A stretch of DNA of 64,000 bases from a virus. Made by a program: the position numbers and the translations under genes. The notes beneath the pieces are model-generated. The model did no database searches and was not told the origin of the DNA. It saw only the letters and a program-made list of their open reading frames with translations. Shown piece by piece: positions 1-11,167 of this stretch (the first letter of the stretch is position 1; every line of letters begins with the position of its first letter). The DNA lies in the IMG/VR virus record IMGVR_UViG_3300027749_000044; one strand, 5' to 3'.

Positions 1-72
1 TCTTCCCTACTTTGGGGAATTATTTTTGTTATTGTTGTGGTCGTACATACAGTTTTTTGGAAAGGACATTAA

Positions 73-399
73 ATGTTCAAGTCTATTGGATCTGCTATTA
101 TTGTAATTTTTGCATCTCTACTTATCGTTTTTGGACTATCTTTCGTTAGTTATGAATTATATTCTTTTTTCGCTCCAAAATATAATGAAGTAGATGCGCG
201 AGTATTCAAGCAGTCTGTTCAATACAACGAAGGAATGATTCGTGATCTTGAAAATCTCAAGATCGAATACGCAAATTCAGATGCAGAAGGTAAGAGAGCA
301 CTTAAGCCTATTATTCTACATCGTTTTTCTGTGTATGATCGCAATCGTCTTCCTGCCGATCTTCAACTATTTTACAATCAAGTTGAAGGAATGAACTGA
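73..399 (+). CDS. membrane-anchored hypothetical phage protein
   Basis: N-terminal hydrophobic helix; AAGGA SD upstream. Confidence 0.6.
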   Translation: MFKSIGSAIIVIFASLLIVFGLSFVSYELYSFFAPKYNEVDARVFKQSVQYNEGMIRDLENLKIEYANSDAEGKRALKPIILHRFSVYDRNRLPADLQLFYNQVEGMN

Positions 400-400
400 A

Positions 401-787
401 ATGATGAAGGCATTTAAAGCACTCGGCGATATTATTTCTAATGAAAAGAAGCGTCGCGATGTAGAACATCAAGAATTTTTGGCGTTTCTTCGTGAACTAA
501 TCGAAACACTTCCTGCGGAAGCCTGTAGTAGATTTGGAAATTTATCTGTTGTTCTTATTGAAAAAGAACTAAAGAAAAATTTTGGAATTCAATTAACTGT
601 TGCTGATTATCTCTTTTGGAAAGATAAGTTCGAAAATACCGATCTTCGGTTTGAAGAAACAACAGGCCAAATTAAAAGCAGAATGCTAGAAAAATTGACC
701 AATGTCGCAGAAGTTAATAATCTAGGACCTAAAGAACGCAAAGAACTACTTGCAATTCTAATTGAAGCAAAAAAAGAAACAAAGTAA
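401..787 (+). CDS. hypothetical protein
   Basis: tightly packed between neighbours. Confidence 0.55.
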   Translation: MMKAFKALGDIISNEKKRRDVEHQEFLAFLRELIETLPAEACSRFGNLSVVLIEKELKKNFGIQLTVADYLFWKDKFENTDLRFEETTGQIKSRMLEKLTNVAEVNNLGPKERKELLAILIEAKKETK

Positions 788-1281
788 TGAATACTCGTAT
801 TTTTGCCCTTCTGGGTATTGCTGCACTCACTCTAACTGCCTGTGATTATACTCCTACATCAGATGATCTACAGAACCAAAAGCAAGAGCAAGCAAACAAA
901 CAAGCTGTCCAAACGGTTGGTATGCCTGCTATTGTAAATTTCCAAGAGAAGAGGATTCTCAAGGACATTTATGAATTGCGCGACACTCAGATTCGTACGT
1001 ACACTTATATTACCGACCTGAATGGTCACCTCCACAAGATGTGTGACAGTATTGGTTATGGTATTCCTGGTGGTACTCAATATACTAACCCACAAAAGGT
1101 CGAATACCACACTTCTGGTGGATATGTTACTACACCCCAAGCCGATCCTAATGGCCTGTATTCTCCTGCATCCTCAGAAGGTACCTGGGTTCTTTGTAAT
1201 CAACCAGGAAAGGACAAGACTGTTCCAGTTTATATTGAGCCTAGGGTAATTGTTTCTCCTTTCCCTCTAGGTACAAACTAA
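787..1281 (+). CDS. phage lipoprotein
   Basis: signal peptide with lipobox LTAC. Confidence 0.7.
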   Translation: MNTRIFALLGIAALTLTACDYTPTSDDLQNQKQEQANKQAVQTVGMPAIVNFQEKRILKDIYELRDTQIRTYTYITDLNGHLHKMCDSIGYGIPGGTQYTNPQKVEYHTSGGYVTTPQADPNGLYSPASSEGTWVLCNQPGKDKTVPVYIEPRVIVSPFPLGTN

Positions 1282-1285
1282 TATA

Positions 1286-1651
1286 ATGAAAGTTATTATT
1301 GCCGGATCGCGTGAGTTTACGTGTGATTTAATGACTCACATTGTAGATCATGCGGTCCGAAAAAGTAAATTTGATATTAATGAAGTTGTTTCAGGAACGG
1401 CTAAAGGCGTAGATACGGCCGGCGAAACTTGGGCTTTTTTCAAAAATATTAAAATTACAAAATTTCCTGCTGATTGGAAAAAACATGGCAAAGCTGCTGG
1501 GCCCATTCGTAATGGACTAATGGCCGAATATGCGGATGCTCTAATCGCAATATGGGACGGCCAATCTTCTGGAACAAAGCATATGATAGAATCTATGAAA
1601 AAAATAGGAAAACCTATATACGTCTTAATATTAAAGGAATATTCACTATGA
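1286..1651 (+). CDS. SLOG-fold protein (DUF2493/YspA-like)
   Basis: IIAGSR, VVSGTAKGVD, GKAAGPIRN, WDGQSSGT motifs. Confidence 0.8.
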   Translation: MKVIIAGSREFTCDLMTHIVDHAVRKSKFDINEVVSGTAKGVDTAGETWAFFKNIKITKFPADWKKHGKAAGPIRNGLMAEYADALIAIWDGQSSGTKHMIESMKKIGKPIYVLILKEYSL

Positions 1652-2052
1652 ATACGGATGATTTGTATAATGAAGGCCCAGTCTATAAACTTGGCCAAAA
1701 ATTATATTATCTTAAAGATACCTATGATTACAATCACGAACATCAGTTTGTTGAAATTGTAGAATGTGAAGTAATCGAAGTTGAATTAAAGAGCTATTAT
1801 ATATTTAAACCAGGAAAAAATGAATATCGCGTGGAGCGTTGGTATAAATTGTCTGACCTTAATGGTCACAGACACGTAGGACCACAAGCACGCCAAATAA
1901 CTAAACACGAGTTTCTTACCCTTGAAGAAGCTATTGAAGCACGAACTAAAAAGCTGCTTGCTATTCACGAAGAAGCCAAAAATGAATATGCAAGAACCGA
2001 AGCGGCATTACAATCAATAGAAAGAAAGTTATTTGAATATGGGATCAGTTAA
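1648..2052 (+). CDS. hypothetical protein
   Basis: ATG 1648 after AAGGA, overlapping the previous stop. Confidence 0.55.
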   Translation: MNTDDLYNEGPVYKLGQKLYYLKDTYDYNHEHQFVEIVECEVIEVELKSYYIFKPGKNEYRVERWYKLSDLNGHRHVGPQARQITKHEFLTLEEAIEARTKKLLAIHEEAKNEYARTEAALQSIERKLFEYGIS

Positions 2053-2088
2053 TTGCTAAATACATGGTAGTCTAATGGAGACCAATGT

Positions 2089-2658
2089 ATGCATTATAGA
2101 AAAATATGGGAAAATTATCACGGCAAAAAAATACCAGAAGGATATGAAATACATCATATAGATGGAAATAGAAATAATAATAATATTGATAATTTATTAT
2201 GCGTTTCTATCGAAGGTCATTTACAAATACATTTAGATCAAGAAGATTGGTCTGCTGTGCAATCTATATTTTTAAGAATAAAAAATGATTTAAACTTTAA
2301 AAATGAAAATTTTAAAGAAATTTGTTCTAAAGCACAAAAAAAATTATGGGAAGAAGGAAATCATAATTGGCAAATCAATTCTGAAAAAAGAAAAATTAAT
2401 TTTGATTTGCATATGAAAACAAGAATAGAAAAAACCGGCAATGCTTTTTTGGGTATAAATGATAGAGTTGACAATGGTCGCAAAGCAGGTAAAATAGCCG
2501 CTGAAAAGAATGCTGGATTTTTGAATATAAATTCAAATTTTCATGGAAGTAAAGCCGTAAAAAATACAAAATGGTGGACTAATATTGATGGAACAAGAGT
2601 TAGATCACATGAATGTCCTCCAGGTGATTGGAAACAAGGAATGAAATATGACAAATAG
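2089..2658 (+). CDS. free-standing HNH homing endonuclease
   Basis: EIHHIDGNRNNNNIDNL...H motif; very AT-rich; late promoter upstream; overlaps thyX start. Confidence 0.85.
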   Translation: MHYRKIWENYHGKKIPEGYEIHHIDGNRNNNNIDNLLCVSIEGHLQIHLDQEDWSAVQSIFLRIKNDLNFKNENFKEICSKAQKKLWEEGNHNWQINSEKRKINFDLHMKTRIEKTGNAFLGINDRVDNGRKAGKIAAEKNAGFLNINSNFHGSKAVKNTKWWTNIDGTRVRSHECPPGDWKQGMKYDK

Positions 2659-3313
2659 TGTTAAATTAATTTCGGTTAGTAAACCTACAATAGAAGGTTT
2701 AAATACCTCTTCAGAATTACTTGCGTATTGTGCGAGAGTTAGTAACCCTACAAATCAAATGAACAAAGAAACATCAGGTAAACTACTGTCTTATTGTATT
2801 AAAAATAAACATTGGTCAATTTTCGAAATGGTCCACATGACGATGGAAATCACCACGACGCGAGACATTGCCCGTCAAATCCTTCGTCATAGGTCGTTTT
2901 CTTTCCAAGAATTTAGTCAGCGATATGCTGTTGCCGAAAACTTTGTTACTCGCGAAGCACGAATGCAAGATACAAAAAATCGTCAAAATTCTTTAGAAAC
3001 AGATGACGAAATTTTACAAAGAGCCTGGCAAATCAGACAAGAGCATATTTTGGAAAATGTCCAATCGTCATATGATTGGGCATTGAAGAATGGTATTGCC
3101 AAAGAACAGGCACGTGCTATCCTACCAGAAGGACTGACTGAATCTCGTCTTTATATGGCCGGAAATCTTAGGTCATGGATTCATTATGTCCAACTACGAA
3201 CTTCAAATGGAACTCAAAAAGAACACCGTGAAATTGCAGAACAATGCCAAAAAATTATCGGACTAGAATTTCCAGAAATTTTGGATGCATTGTCTGCCGT
3301 ATCCGAAGGATAA
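2648..3313 (+). CDS. thyX: flavin-dependent thymidylate synthase
   Basis: HWSIFE and RHRSFSFQEFSQRY signature. Confidence 0.95.
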   Translation: MTNSVKLISVSKPTIEGLNTSSELLAYCARVSNPTNQMNKETSGKLLSYCIKNKHWSIFEMVHMTMEITTTRDIARQILRHRSFSFQEFSQRYAVAENFVTREARMQDTKNRQNSLETDDEILQRAWQIRQEHILENVQSSYDWALKNGIAKEQARAILPEGLTESRLYMAGNLRSWIHYVQLRTSNGTQKEHREIAEQCQKIIGLEFPEILDALSAVSEG

Positions 3314-3319
3314 AATCGA

Positions 3320-4614
3320 ATGACTGATAACGGTGTAATTTATGATTATTTTATTTGGGACCATGAAAAACAAACATATAAGTTTCCATTAGATAATAAT
3401 CCAGATTGGGTTGCCATTCGAGGAGATAAAGTTGTATTTCTAAATAAAAATGGATATGATTCCGAAAGAGAACATGCCGCCAGAGTCTTTGAAGAAGGTC
3501 AAATATTAACTGTAGACACCGTGCGTATTGGTATGTCGAAATCTTATTATAAATTCAAAAACCTCCAATATGAATATAATACCGTAATGTTTGAGAAATT
3601 AACATGAACTCTTTACTGAAGGAATTAAAAAAAGATGAGTAATACAAATATTAATCATGTATTTACTCAAGTAGAAAATATTATCAAAAAAAATCCAAAC
3701 TTGTATGATCGAATTAGAAATAACTGGATAGATTATTCAAGTCCACAAAAATATAAAGGATATTGCGCTTGTTGCGGAGCTCCTAGAATGGAAGATGACA
3801 CACAAGAACATGATTTTGAATGTATATGGTTTGAAGAGATTGAATAGAAGATGAAAAAATTAAAATTTTATAATTTGTCATCGATATTACTTTTGGCTAT
3901 GATCGAATATATATTATTGGGATGTATCATTATTACTCCTTATGCCGGCTCAATATTCTGGCCAATGTTTTTGTTGCTTCCTCCTGAATTGGTATTATTT
4001 GTCATTGTTTATTTGACAATTCTTGATTTTATTCATACGGAACTATAAATAGTTATTTTGGAGAAGCGCATGAATGATACTAATACCAAACAAATTTTAG
4101 ATTTATTGGCGTTGATTGAAGCCAAAAATGAAGAAAATCAAAAACAATTAGATTCACTTCAAAGCCAACTATGGTCAATATTAAACAGACTTAATGTTTT
4201 GGAATCAACAAATAATTTATCTTATCCGATTCCATATTACAAATATGCATTGCCTAATGGTCCTCAAGTTCTGCCGGTGGACACAAAGTGGGAACCAAGG
4301 TGGTTAACTATAACCATGCCTCATACCATGAGAAATTATACAATAGGCGAAGGAATTTCAACTACACCATATCTTGATAATTCCGGTCCACATTCAATTT
4401 AATGACTGATTATTCTATAACTTTTGTTTCAAATAATAATCCTGAAGCAAAAATTTCAGGAAAAATTTCTGACAACGGAGAGTTACCTATACAATTGGAT
4501 CAATTAGTTAATTATTTCCGAAATAATGGAATTGCAGTGAAGGCGATTGGCGTTTCGGATTGGACTTCATTGGAAATTTACATCGAAGACGATTCTTATT
4601 ATTATACACGATAG
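3320..4614 (+). other. five small hypothetical CDSs (3320-3607, 3635-3847, 3851-4048, 4058-4402, 4402-4614)
   Basis: co-oriented, tightly packed ORFs; no recognisable motifs. Confidence 0.5.
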
Positions 4615-4678
4615 ATAATCTTCTGGACTCTTATATAAATGTACTAGTACGTATTCAAAAATCAAAAAGGATAAAATA

Positions 4679-6526
4679 ATGGATAAATCACAAGAAATTT
4701 TAAGTTCTATTACCGGGTTCATGAAGTATTCAAAATTCATTCCTGAATTAGGCCGCCGGGAGAACTGGGAAGAACTTGTTACTAGAAATAAAAATATGCA
4801 CATTAAAAAGTTTCCAGAATTACAAAACGAAATTGAAACGGCATATGAATTCGTATATAATAAAAAAATCCTTCCTTCGATGCGGTCTTTGCAGTTTGCC
4901 GGCAAACCAATCGAATTAAACGAAACACGGTTATATAATTGTTGTTTTTTGCCTGTTGATAATTACGTTGCTTTCAGCGAAATTATGTTCCTTTTGCTTT
5001 CAGGAACAGGCGTCGGGTATTCAGTACAAAGTCACCATGTCGAAAAGCTACCTTCTATCACAAAGCCAACCAAAAAGAAAAGGTATCTCGTAGGAGATTC
5101 TATCGAAGGTTGGGCCGATGCAGTCAAGATGTTGATGAAAGCATATCTTGCCGGCAAGCCATTGCCTGTTTTTGATTTTAATGACGTTCGACCAAAAGGA
5201 TCACATTTGATTACTGCCGGCGGAAAAGCACCGGGTCCAGAACCACTTAAGGATTGCCTTCATAATATTCAAAAAATTCTAGACAGAAAAGAAAACGGCG
5301 AACAATTAACTACATTGGATGTTCATGACATTAATTGTTATATTGCCGATTCTGTTTTGTCTGGTGGTATTCGTAGATCCGCAATGATCGCTCTATTCGA
5401 TATCGATGACGAAGAAATGCTTACATGCAAGTTTGGCAATTGGTGGGAACAAAATCCACAGCGAGGTCGAGCGAACAATTCTGCCGTAATCGTTCGTCAT
5501 ATGGTCGACGAAGATGTGTTCTTTGATCTTTGGAAGAAAATCGAATTGTCTGGATCAGGCGAACCTGGATTCTTCTTTACTAATGATGCCGATTGGGGAT
5601 TAAATCCTTGTGCTGAAATTTCTCTTCGTCCATTCCAATTTTGTAATCTTTGTACAATCAATGCAGGCGATGTTGAATCACAAGAAGACTTTAATGCACG
5701 GGCCAAGGCCGCCGCATTTATTGGAACTCTACAGGCTTCATATACCAACTTCCATTATCTTCGTGATATTTGGAAAAGAACTACCGAAAAAGAAGCACTT
5801 ATTGGAATTTCAATGACTGGCATCGCATCTGGAACAGTATTGAATTTGAATATGAAAGAAGCTGCTCATGTTGTTAAAGAAGAAAATGCAAGAATTGCCG
5901 AAATTATCGGAATTAAACCAGCTGCCAGAACTACAACTGTTAAACCAGAAGGCACGGCTTCATGTATTCTCGGTACCTCATCTGGAATTCACGCCTGGCA
6001 CAATGACCATTACATCCGTAGAATTAGAGTCGGTAAAGACGAGTCAATTTATCGTTACCTTGCCGACAACCATCCAGAACTTATCGAAGATGAATACTTC
6101 AAGCCTAATCAACAAGCAGTCATATCGATTCCTCAGAAGTCACCCGCTGGCGCAATCACGCGATCTGAATCTGCAATTGACCTATTGAATCGTGTATCCA
6201 AAGTATACAAAGAATGGATTTCACCTGGACACAGACGTGGTGTAAATAAAAATAACGTCTCGACTACTGTTACTATCAAAGCTAACGAATGGGAAGAAGT
6301 CGGCCAATGGATGTGGAAAAATAGGAATTCATTTACTGCTTTGTCGGTTCTTCCTCATTTTGATCATACGTACGTCCAAGCTCCATTTGAAGATTGTTCC
6401 GAAGAACAATTTAATGCATTCTATGAACAATTGCATGAAATTAATTTGGATAACGTTGTTGAATTTGAAGACAACACCACATTACGTGACGAAGTTGCAT
6501 GTGCCGCAGGGGGATGTGAAATATGA
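4679..6526 (+). CDS. nrdJ: class II (B12-dependent) ribonucleotide reductase
   Basis: PSMRSLQF, YNC, NPCAEI, KPEGT, C-terminal CAAGGCEI; no adjacent beta subunit. Confidence 0.9.
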   Translation: MDKSQEILSSITGFMKYSKFIPELGRRENWEELVTRNKNMHIKKFPELQNEIETAYEFVYNKKILPSMRSLQFAGKPIELNETRLYNCCFLPVDNYVAFSEIMFLLLSGTGVGYSVQSHHVEKLPSITKPTKKKRYLVGDSIEGWADAVKMLMKAYLAGKPLPVFDFNDVRPKGSHLITAGGKAPGPEPLKDCLHNIQKILDRKENGEQLTTLDVHDINCYIADSVLSGGIRRSAMIALFDIDDEEMLTCKFGNWWEQNPQRGRANNSAVIVRHMVDEDVFFDLWKKIELSGSGEPGFFFTNDADWGLNPCAEISLRPFQFCNLCTINAGDVESQEDFNARAKAAAFIGTLQASYTNFHYLRDIWKRTTEKEALIGISMTGIASGTVLNLNMKEAAHVVKEENARIAEIIGIKPAARTTTVKPEGTASCILGTSSGIHAWHNDHYIRRIRVGKDESIYRYLADNHPELIEDEYFKPNQQAVISIPQKSPAGAITRSESAIDLLNRVSKVYKEWISPGHRRGVNKNNVSTTVTIKANEWEEVGQWMWKNRNSFTALSVLPHFDHTYVQAPFEDCSEEQFNAFYEQLHEINLDNVVEFEDNTTLRDEVACAAGGCEI

Positions 6527-6698
6527 AATGGAATGAATTAATTAAAGGTTATTTTTCTTCTTTGGCTTCGAATAATAAAGAAGAGGCAAATAAATTTTGG
6601 AATCTAATTTTACAAAAAAATTTGGATCTAAATAAAAAAGTCAATGCTGGTAAAAAGCATATCAAACCAAAACACACTATTATTGAATAGGTAATTTA

Positions 6699-6860
6699 AT
6701 GTCAAAACACGAAAATCAATCATATTCTTGTGGTTATTGTGAAGCAGAATTCGATATCGTACCTAGTAATCCTCAAGCTTATACGGATGTTTCTTATTGT
6801 CCATTCTGTGGAGGAGATATATCCGAAGAAGTAGAAGATATTACAGACTGGGAAGAATAA
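6699..6860 (+). CDS. 53-aa Zn-ribbon protein (not in ORF track)
   Basis: MSKHENQSYSCGYCEAEF...YCPFCGG, two CxxC pairs. Confidence 0.7.
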   Translation: MSKHENQSYSCGYCEAEFDIVPSNPQAYTDVSYCPFCGGDISEEVEDITDWEE

Positions 6861-6865
6861 CTAAG

Positions 6866-6892
6866 TACCCTCCGAACGGAGGGTATTTTTTT
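6866..6892 (+). terminator. intrinsic terminator or RBS-sequestering hairpin
   Basis: TACCCTCCG-AA-CGGAGGGTA followed by a T run directly before the next ATG. Confidence 0.65.
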
Positions 6893-7312
6893 ATGTGGAT
6901 ATATAAAGGCGAACCATTTACTGAAGATATGATTGGTGAAAATTATGGATATGTTTATGTCATCACTCATATTCCTTCTGGCAAAAAATATATAGGTCGA
7001 AAATTTTTCACTTCTGCTGGATATAAAACGGTCAAAGGCAAACGGAAAAAAATAAGAAAGCCATCTGACTGGCAAACATATTATGGATCATCACCTGCGC
7101 TCGCCAAGGCTATAGCCGAATATGGGCACGATCAATTCACGCGGGAAATTGTTATGCTCTGTCCTAACCGTTCCTCCGCCTCCTATTATGAGGCAAAAAT
7201 GATTTTGTCCGAAGATGCAATTTTATCTGACAATTATTTTAACGATTGGATATCCCTCAAGGTATCATCGATGCACGTCAATGCCATAAAAAAAATGAAA
7301 AAAGAGGGTTGA
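6893..7312 (+). CDS. GIY-YIG family endonuclease (stand-alone catalytic domain)
   Basis: GYVY...YIG motif; likely start MWIYKG at 6893. Confidence 0.75.
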   Translation: MWIYKGEPFTEDMIGENYGYVYVITHIPSGKKYIGRKFFTSAGYKTVKGKRKKIRKPSDWQTYYGSSPALAKAIAEYGHDQFTREIVMLCPNRSSASYYEAKMILSEDAILSDNYFNDWISLKVSSMHVNAIKKMKKEG

Positions 7313-7779
7313 CATTCTTTCCTAAATGATACATAATAGCATATGGTCCGAAAAAGGAGTATGTGCCATGGTAGATTTTGTAATTTTTTCGTTTCCTGAT
7401 CCACTCAAGGACGGGACAAAAAAGGTCGAAGAAACCTATTGCGAATTGCTCTCGCGTCAGCGCCAGGGTGAAATCTTGTACCCAGAAGAAATTGACTATT
7501 TGGATTATGCTAACACAATTTTGTCGGAATCTAAACGATGACCGAAGAAGAATTGTATGAACAGGCAATTAAAAATGATCCGTTGCGTCAGCGCCTACAT
7601 GAATTATTCAATCAATTTAATGGAATGACCCGACAATATATTTTACAAAAATATTCAGGCATTTTTAATTATTATTATGAAATTAATAATGAGCAACTTG
7701 AGGATTTGGTTTCCAAAATGGAAAAAGCTCTCATGAAAGAAGAAGAACGTTTGTTTAATTTGTATAAGGATGAACTATA

Positions 7780-8871
7780 ATGGCTCGACCAGCCAAGAAA
7801 AAAACTATGAGTCGCCGAGGAGCTAAACTTGCCGGCGATAAATTCATGGGTACAGAACCAGAACTTCCTATGATTTATACTCAATGCGATCTTATACAAA
7901 CTCTCAATTGGTATAATTACATGTATGATCATACAGAAGGTATGAATTGGATCGTAGAATGGGCAGAAAATGCAGGATATACTCCAAAATCGATTGAAAT
8001 TTTAAAGAAAGTTGATCCTAGACAATTTTCATTTACAACAATGTCTTTGTCTAGGATTGATATGAATACACCCGCATTGGATGACCGACTGAAGTTAAAA
8101 ATCAAAGCTCAAGTTGATGATTTGATTTCAAAGAGCATGGAACCAAAAGATGTTGTTGTCGTAAAGCTTGCGCCGACCGTACAAGACCGAGTGAAAGAAA
8201 AAACAAATAATATAATTGCAGAATTCGATTTCGCAATTGACAATCGTGATCTGGAAATGGATCCATATTCGTTCATGAAATCACAAGAAATTAAACCTGT
8301 ACATGCAGCAAAAATTATTTCTTATTATTCGCGAATTGTCGATGAATATAAAAATGCGGATACTCTATCCCATATGACTAAGGCGAACGCGAAAAAATTG
8401 GTTGCCTTTCTTGAAAAAATAGTGGAAGCTGGTAAAGCTATCCAATCCACAGGCAAGGTGACTAGGGCTGCACGTAAGCCAAAACCCAAGGCCGCAAGCC
8501 AACTGGTGTCAAAGTTTAATTATGCAAAAGAAAATACGGAATATAAAATTGTATCCATCGATCCAACTGGAATCATTGGTGCATCTACTCTCTGGGTTTT
8601 TAATCCCCGATATAAGCATATCACATATTATGAGTCTGACACTTCCCTTACTGTTAAGGGCACGACCATCATCGGATACAATAATGAAAAGTCTTTTAGA
8701 CTTAGGGTGAGAAAACCTGCCGATGCAACTAAACTCATTTTATCTTCAACTAAAGCTCAATTGACAAAAATGGCCAAAAATAAGAACCTAAATACATTGA
8801 AGGCCACAAACGTCTCTTTGTTTACTGGCAGAACAACCGAAGATGCAATTTTGTTGAGAGTAGATAGATAA
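7780..8871 (+). CDS. basic hypothetical protein of T4-like phages
   Basis: 363-aa ORF upstream of rnh. Confidence 0.55.
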   Translation: MARPAKKKTMSRRGAKLAGDKFMGTEPELPMIYTQCDLIQTLNWYNYMYDHTEGMNWIVEWAENAGYTPKSIEILKKVDPRQFSFTTMSLSRIDMNTPALDDRLKLKIKAQVDDLISKSMEPKDVVVVKLAPTVQDRVKEKTNNIIAEFDFAIDNRDLEMDPYSFMKSQEIKPVHAAKIISYYSRIVDEYKNADTLSHMTKANAKKLVAFLEKIVEAGKAIQSTGKVTRAARKPKPKAASQLVSKFNYAKENTEYKIVSIDPTGIIGASTLWVFNPRYKHITYYESDTSLTVKGTTIIGYNNEKSFRLRVRKPADATKLILSSTKAQLTKMAKNKNLNTLKATNVSLFTGRTTEDAILLRVDR

Positions 8872-9251
8872 TGTCAAACACCGCGGTTAGTAATTCTGAT
8901 AACGTAATTCAATTTCCTAAAACAAATGTATGGGGCGATTTGTCGCACATTACAAATTTAGAAAAAGCCGTCGAAGAAGCTGAGACCGCCCGAGCATATT
9001 ATGCCGAATTAACCGCCGATGAAATTATGGGATTTGTTCTTGCCAAATGCCAAATTGCAGGGTATTCTATGTTAGAAGGCCCCGAAAATGTCCGGGATGC
9101 GGTAATGATCAGTGAAGCAATTAAATCTATGTTATTGCGTAGTCAAGGTATAAATCATCCTATACAAGAATTTGTGGATGATATAATTGACCTAGATAAC
9201 ATACCCGAAGAAAAATTGCCGGTATCAAATTTAGATTATGAAGATGAATGA
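8871..9251 (+). CDS. hypothetical protein
   Basis: translationally coupled; NVIQFP motif. Confidence 0.55.
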   Translation: MSNTAVSNSDNVIQFPKTNVWGDLSHITNLEKAVEEAETARAYYAELTADEIMGFVLAKCQIAGYSMLEGPENVRDAVMISEAIKSMLLRSQGINHPIQEFVDDIIDLDNIPEEKLPVSNLDYEDE

Positions 9252-9270
9252 ATATGTTTCTTAAGAATGG

Positions 9271-10122
9271 ATGGCAATGATTATTCTTGATCTATCTCAA
9301 GTGATGATTTCAACTTTGATGGCCCAAATTGGCAACCATCATAATGCTGAAATCGACGAAAATTTGCTTAGGCATATGGTGCTCAATAGCGTCAGAGCAA
9401 ATAAGCGCAAATTCGCCGACGAATATGGCGAATTCGTAATTGCATGTGACGGCCGTCATAGCTGGCGCAAAGATGTATTTCCATTTTATAAGGCTAATCG
9501 TAAAAAGAATCGTGAAGAGTCTGAACTAAACTGGACCCTTATCTTCGAAAGTCTAGGTAAAATTCGAGACGAATTGAAAGAGTATTTTCCATATAGAGTA
9601 ATTCAACTCGACACCGCTGAAGCCGACGACATTATTGCGACGTTAGTCAAAGAAAATCAAGGCGAACGAATTTTGATTGTTTCTGGCGACAAAGATTTCC
9701 AACAATTACAAAAATATCCTTTCGTCCAACAATACGATCCAACACGAAAAAAGTTCTTGCAATGTAATTCCCCGTCTGCCTTCCTGAAAGAGCATATACT
9801 CAAGGGCGATACCAGTGATGGTGTTCCTAATTTTCTTTCTGAAGATAATTGTCTTGTTGTTGGAGTTAGACAAAAATCCGTCACCACCAAGAAGTTGGCA
9901 TATTGGCTCAATCAAGAACCAGAAACATTTTGTAATTCATATATGCTAAGAAACTATAAACGTAATCAACAATTGATTGATTTTGATTTCATTCCGGAAG
10001 AAATTCAAAAATCCATCGTTTCTATATATAATGAACAAGAAAATAAAGGTCGCGAAAAGTTATTTAACTATTTCGTCCAATTCAAACTCAAACACCTATT
10101 AACTGATATTGGTGATTTTTAA
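9271..10122 (+). CDS. rnh: T4-type RNase H (5'-3' exonuclease)
   Basis: YKANR, EADD, SGDKDF, GDTSDGVPN motifs. Confidence 0.93.
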   Translation: MAMIILDLSQVMISTLMAQIGNHHNAEIDENLLRHMVLNSVRANKRKFADEYGEFVIACDGRHSWRKDVFPFYKANRKKNREESELNWTLIFESLGKIRDELKEYFPYRVIQLDTAEADDIIATLVKENQGERILIVSGDKDFQQLQKYPFVQQYDPTRKKFLQCNSPSAFLKEHILKGDTSDGVPNFLSEDNCLVVGVRQKSVTTKKLAYWLNQEPETFCNSYMLRNYKRNQQLIDFDFIPEEIQKSIVSIYNEQENKGREKLFNYFVQFKLKHLLTDIGDF

Positions 10123-10132
10123 GGATTAAAAA

Positions 10133-10717
10133 ATGGCAAAACTACCCGGCGTAGCCGAGATTCTAAAGGGTGTCAACGAAAAGACAACTGAACAAGAACG
10201 ACAAGATGTATTGGCAGGGCATTGGCCAAATACGACAATGCTTAAGATTCTTCGCGGCTTCTGGGCCGAAGATCAAATTTTAGACCTTCCTGCTGGAACA
10301 CCACCTTACACCCCAGCAAAAAAGAGCCAAGATTTGCAAGGTTCTCTGTATAGAGAAATCAAGAAGATGTATATTTTTCTTCCTGAAACAAAAGCCCAAC
10401 GTGTACGTAAAGAACAACTTTTCATTGAAATGTTAGAAGTACTGGATCCTGATGATGCGGCATTGATTGTTGCTATGAAGGATAGAAAGATGCCATACGA
10501 AAACATTACAGAGGATCTGGTTCGAAAGACTTTTCCAGACTTGCTACCTCCTCGTCCGTTTCAAGCTGAAAGTCCAATTGAGACTACAGAAAATAAAAAG
10601 GTGGCTACTATTTCCGTTCCACACGGCGCTAAGCCTCCTAAAGCAAATTCTACCAACCAAGCAAAAGTAGCCGCGTGGTACGCCCGCCAGGCTGAAATCG
10701 AAGCAAATAGAAAGTAA
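10133..10717 (+). CDS. conserved T4-like hypothetical protein
   Basis: LPAGTPPY and EQLFIEMLE-type motifs, directly after rnh. Confidence 0.6.
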   Translation: MAKLPGVAEILKGVNEKTTEQERQDVLAGHWPNTTMLKILRGFWAEDQILDLPAGTPPYTPAKKSQDLQGSLYREIKKMYIFLPETKAQRVRKEQLFIEMLEVLDPDDAALIVAMKDRKMPYENITEDLVRKTFPDLLPPRPFQAESPIETTENKKVATISVPHGAKPPKANSTNQAKVAAWYARQAEIEANRK

Positions 10718-10897
10718 GGATATACGTTACCTATGGGAAAGTCTAGACACCGTGATGCTCGGGATTATGTTGAGTATAGAGAATATGATGTTGACCCGGA
10801 AGAACCTCTCCGGCATAGACGAGAAAAACGACTAAAAAACGCCCTAAGAAGTATGGATATCGATGTTCTTTTAGAAGACGACGAGGATGATCAATAA

Positions 10898-11167
10898 ATG
10901 ACTAAAGAATATATTAAATGGAACAAGGAAATTCCAATTGCACTCCAAGAAATCCTTGAAAAAGTAACAGCAGAATTTGCTAAAATTGAGGCTGAACGTC
11001 TAGAGCGGCAAAAAGATTTGGATAAAATTGAAGTTCTCAAGTCAGAAATTAAACGTTTGACTGAACAATTCGAATTGGTTGTCGAAGCAAATAAAGCATT
11101 GGGTAACAAAAATGCCGCATTGAACACTGTTTTGGTAAATGTTAAGAATGTCCTAAGAGATGTCTGA
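10898..11167 (+). CDS. coiled-coil hypothetical protein
   Basis: heptad-rich sequence. Confidence 0.5.
   Translation: MTKEYIKWNKEIPIALQEILEKVTAEFAKIEAERLERQKDLDKIEVLKSEIKRLTEQFELVVEANKALGNKNAALNTVLVNVKNVLRDV

Noticed and set aside
2648-6526. Introns or inteins in thyX or nrdJ
   Set aside because: Both ORFs are uninterrupted, of normal length and lack intein terminal motifs
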